Shown here: one piece after another, positions 43,340 to 45,166 of the stretch
Position numbering within the stretch: the stretch's first letter is position 1
Layout of the letters: the number at the start of each line of letters is the position of its first letter
Source: a virus
IMG/VR virus record: IMGVR_UViG_3300006099_000022
Strand: one strand, 5' to 3'
DNA: 45,166 bases
Made by a program: the position numbers and the translations under genes
The notes under the pieces: model-generated
What the model was told of the DNA's origin: nothing
Database searches by the model: none
What the model saw: only the letters and a program-made list of their open reading frames with translations

Positions 43340-43650
43340 TTCTCTTTTTCTCCCTTCCTGGCAGGAAGCAGGCTATCCAGATAGTCTATCGCTCTTTGTG
43401 CACGCTTGCTTCCCGCCAGTTTTTTGTAGGGAATATCCTCATATAAGGAATAATCGGATATATCATCGAGCGGCCCTTCTACCACTCTTAGCTCTATGCT
43501 TGAATATCCGGATATCTCAAAGCTTGCATAGAAAGAAGTCTGCTCCTTCACGTCCATGATCTTATCCATCAAAAGATGCAGCCTATCTCTGCAATCCTGC
43601 ATCTCTTTCTTTTCTAAAATTTCTGAAGTTTCATTCGATTTCATTTGCAT
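43336..43650 (-). CDS. Hypothetical protein
   Basis: A 104-aa ORF with a GGAGAATG RBS region. Confidence 0.5.
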   Translation of the reverse strand: MQMKSNETSEILEKKEMQDCRDRLHLLMDKIMDVKEQTSFYASFEISGYSSIELRVVEGPLDDISDYSLYEDIPYKKLAGSKRAQRAIDYLDSLLPARKGEKEK

Positions 43651-43745
43651 TCTCCATTTCCCCCATGTATAATGAGTGTGTGATTTGATTTTTTATTAAG
43701 GGATTCTCCGAAGCGGCGGCCACCGCTTCCCAGAGTCCCTTTCTG

Positions 43746-43916
43746 TTAAAATGCCACGCCAGCCAAAGCCAGCCCCAGCCCAAATCCGATCCCGGCCAGG
43801 CCGCTCACGAACAGGATCAATACGATGTCGCAGATCATGTCCCGCCGCAGGTAAATCCACCGGCGTACGCCTTTGTGCCTTGCGCGTTTGACGCGCTCCA
43901 CTCCTTCGTTCTGCAT
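43746..43916 (-). CDS. Small membrane protein (56 aa, below the ORF-track cutoff)
   Basis: The translation is MQNEGVERVKRARHKGVRRWIYLRRDMICDIVLILFVSGLAGIGFGLGLALAGVAF. A GGAGGTGAGAGG RBS is present. Confidence 0.5.
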   Translation of the reverse strand: MQNEGVERVKRARHKGVRRWIYLRRDMICDIVLILFVSGLAGIGFGLGLALAGVAF

Positions 43917-43921
43917 TCCTC

Positions 43922-44128
43922 TCACCTCCCGATTTCTTTATTTAACAAGGCCCGGTAAACCCGGAACTCCCATCGGCTTGTCCCGTTCTTCTCCGGCGGG
44001 ATCGCCTTCCCGATCGGAAGCGTCCCCCGCTTCATGCGGAACCGCACCATATGCGGGGCCATTCCGAGAATTTCGGCCGCTTCGTTTACGCTGACGCGTT
44101 CTTTCTCCATTTTCCTCCCCCTTTCCAT
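43922..44128 (-). CDS. Excisionase-like / MerR-type HTH DNA-binding protein
   Basis: The HTH reads VSVNEAAEILGMAPHMVRFRMKRGTLP. The start is either 44128 or 44110. Confidence 0.55.
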   Translation of the reverse strand: MERGRKMEKERVSVNEAAEILGMAPHMVRFRMKRGTLPIGKAIPPEKNGTSRWEFRVYRALLNKEIGR

Positions 44129-44129
44129 T

Positions 44130-44357
44130 TCAGGTCACTGTGCTCAAATAAAATAAATATCCGAAAAATCCAAAGCCGCAAAGCATTCCGATTATGGCAA
44201 CAAGGTAATTAAGCAGCAGTGTGAGGCGCTCTAATTCGTATTTGCGATCCTGCTCATGCCGTTGCAGCCTGGCCGCTTTTAAAAATTTATCCTTGTCGTT
44301 TTCTGTTTCCTCCATCGACTGGATAACGCTGTTAAAAGTTCTTTCTTCCTTCTTCAT
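44130..44357 (-). CDS. Small C-terminally membrane-anchored protein
   Basis: The start MKKEERTF lies 8 nt after GGAGG. The TM segment is LLLNYLVAIIGMLCGFGFFGYLFYL. Confidence 0.5.
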   Translation of the reverse strand: MKKEERTFNSVIQSMEETENDKDKFLKAARLQRHEQDRKYELERLTLLLNYLVAIIGMLCGFGFFGYLFYLSTVT

Positions 44358-44389
44358 GCAAATTTCCTCCAAATTTCTCAAACAAATGT

Positions 44390-44418
44390 TTGCTTTTTTG
44401 CAGGAAACATGCTATAAT
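44390..44418 (+). promoter_or_regulatory. Near-consensus sigma-A promoter on the plus strand
   Basis: The -35 is TTGCTT (44390-44395), the spacer is 17 nt and ends in TGC, and the -10 is TATAAT (44413-44418). Confidence 0.65.
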
Positions 44419-44424
44419 GATCCT

Positions 44425-44496
44425 GCAATCAGCTACTATGCTTAGTTGACTGCCAGGCCTCGGAGCGTCACAGCGCTGTCGGGGCCTTATTTTTTC
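44425..44496 (+). ncRNA. Predicted plus-strand sRNA of about 72 nt, antisense to the early operon
   Basis: It runs from the promoter above to the hairpin GGCCTCGGAGCG-TCACAG-CGCTGTCGGGGCC (44456-44486), which is followed by TTATTTTTTCTTT. No plus-strand ORF with an RBS lies in it. Confidence 0.5.
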
Positions 44497-44585
44497 TTTG
44501 TGAACCAGACTGCGAATGCAATGAGTCCAACAATGCCTAATATGCAACCCACTACAAAGCCGCAGGTAAATGGCGATATGTACAT
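44487..44585 (-). CDS. 32-aa hydrophobic peptide with a KKK tail
   Basis: The translation is MYISPFTCGFVVGCILGIVGLIAFAVWFTKKK. An AAGGAGGAG RBS lies 7 nt upstream. The stop abuts the sRNA terminator hairpin. Confidence 0.5.
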   Translation of the reverse strand: MYISPFTCGFVVGCILGIVGLIAFAVWFTKKK

Positions 44586-44613
44586 GGCTTTTCTCCTCCT
44601 TATCCCGATCTTT

Positions 44614-44967
44614 TTAGTTCATAGTCCTCTCGTTCCCTCTGTCCACCGCAGACAAATACGCAAGCTCCAAAATCCGGCACATAGTCGCTTTGCGCTCCGC
44701 AACAATCTTCAGACAGCCCATACAATGTGCTTTGCGCCCATTGATGTACTTCATAACAGGATCCCCGGCCGATAATTCCAGTCCAGACAGCCTAACAAGG
44801 TTCGTGGCGGCCTCCATAATATCCTTTTCATGAATTATCTCATCTTCCCGCTCTCTTAGATCGGCAAGCTTCTGTTCGAAATACTCTCTTAGCATTTGCT
44901 TTTCGGCCGCCATCTGCTGCTGCGTCATGCCCGCCTTCTGGCGGGCCTCTTTTAGATTCTTCCTCAA
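44614..44967 (-). CDS. Hypothetical early protein
   Basis: A 117-aa ORF with the HTH-like fragment LKEARQKAGMTQQQMA at the N-terminus. Confidence 0.5.
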   Translation of the reverse strand: MRKNLKEARQKAGMTQQQMAAEKQMLREYFEQKLADLREREDEIIHEKDIMEAATNLVRLSGLELSAGDPVMKYINGRKAHCMGCLKIVAERKATMCRILELAYLSAVDRGNERTMN

Positions 44968-45166
44968 TCATGGCCTCCTTCCTGCGTTTCGTTTTCGGCC
45001 GGTTTATGCACTACCAATTCAAAGTTCCCTTCGTTTGATATCAGAATTTTTATATTTGGGTAATTCCTAAAATCCCTTACCGTGGAGCTTCCCCACATCT
45101 CGCCGACTGTGGAGCTTCCCCACATCTCGCCGACTGTGGAGCTTCCCCACATCTCGCCGACTGTGG
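44964..45166 (-). CDS. C-terminal part of the same 9-aa repeat protein (SSTVGEMWG repeats followed by a unique 38-aa tail)
   Basis: The frame is open from the right edge, giving ...STVGEMWGSSTVGEMWGSSTVRDFRNYPNIKILISNEGNFELVVHKPAENETQEGGHD. Its frame matches the left-edge ORF when the arrays are overlapped. The stop overlaps the next start as ATGA. Confidence 0.7.
   Translation of the reverse strand, partial: TVGEMWGSSTVGEMWGSSTVGEMWGSSTVRDFRNYPNIKILISNEGNFELVVHKPAENETQEGGHD
45080..45166. repeat. Same 27-bp tandem repeat array, cut by the right window edge
   Basis: A degenerate partial unit lies at 45080-45091, perfect units at 45092-45118 and 45119-45145, and a 21-nt partial unit at 45146-45166 that is identical to positions 1-21. 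Confidence 0.95.

Noticed and set aside
43690-43745. A rho-independent terminator after the 56-aa membrane peptide
   Set aside because: A good nested hairpin (AAGGGA...GAAGCGG-N-CCGCTTC...TCCCTT) is present. On the transcribed minus strand it is followed by an A-run, not a U-run, so a classical terminator call is not supported. It may be a processing or stability element.
1-45166. Stop-codon reassignment (TAG or TGA recoding), as in some gut phages
   Set aside because: Long ORFs (the 1019-aa tape measure protein, the 600-aa Tal-like protein, portal, TerL) are intact under the standard code with all three stops used. The single in-frame TGA after the Cro-like gene is not enough, and the tRNA-like gene shows no suppressor anticodon.

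Overview
The window reads as a complete, circularly permuted temperate siphovirus-type phage genome of about 45 kb. The host looks like a Gram-positive, Clostridia-like bacterium, judged from GGAGG ribosome-binding sites, a CHAP plus cell-wall-binding-repeat endolysin, and XkdX-, XhlA-, Gp15- and Cys-rich-KTR-type genes. Both window ends lie in the same 27-bp tandem repeat. On the minus strand that repeat is an in-frame coding repeat of one gene, so the ends join. The layout is: (i) a lysogeny module at 1.2-5.6 kb with divergent XRE-family HTH genes, an ImmA-like ORF, an FtsK-gamma/Mrr nuclease fusion and a tyrosine integrase with a candidate attP; (ii) a long minus-strand late operon at 5.9-32.8 kb carrying endolysin, tail fibres, Tal, Dit, tape measure, chaperones, major tail, connectors, capsid, scaffold, Mu-F/gp7-like protein, portal, TerL and TerS; (iii) a minus-strand early operon from 33 kb to 45 kb that wraps to 1.47 kb, carrying a second tyrosine recombinase, two DNA methyltransferase-type genes with a radical-SAM gene, a DnaD-like replication protein with internal iterons, Rad52-like and NinB-like recombination genes, an HD hydrolase, an Xis-like HTH and small membrane peptides. 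The strongest non-routine signals are these. (1) A perfect 20-bp inverted repeat (7187-7206 / 8644-8663) brackets a 1.48-kb segment holding two opposed alternative C-terminal tail-fibre cassettes, which fits a Mu G-segment-like host-range inversion switch. (2) An FtsK-gamma plus Mrr-type nuclease fusion sits in the lysogeny operon. (3) A Dam / radical-SAM / C5-MTase-like cluster lies in the early operon. (4) A 4.6-kb accessory island is inserted inside the head module. (5) An ORF-free stretch of about 490 nt carries tRNA-like hairpins. (6) A consensus promoter plus terminator defines an antisense sRNA of about 72 nt next to a 32-aa hydrophobic peptide. All calls come from reading the sequence and the ORF translations; no database search was run.
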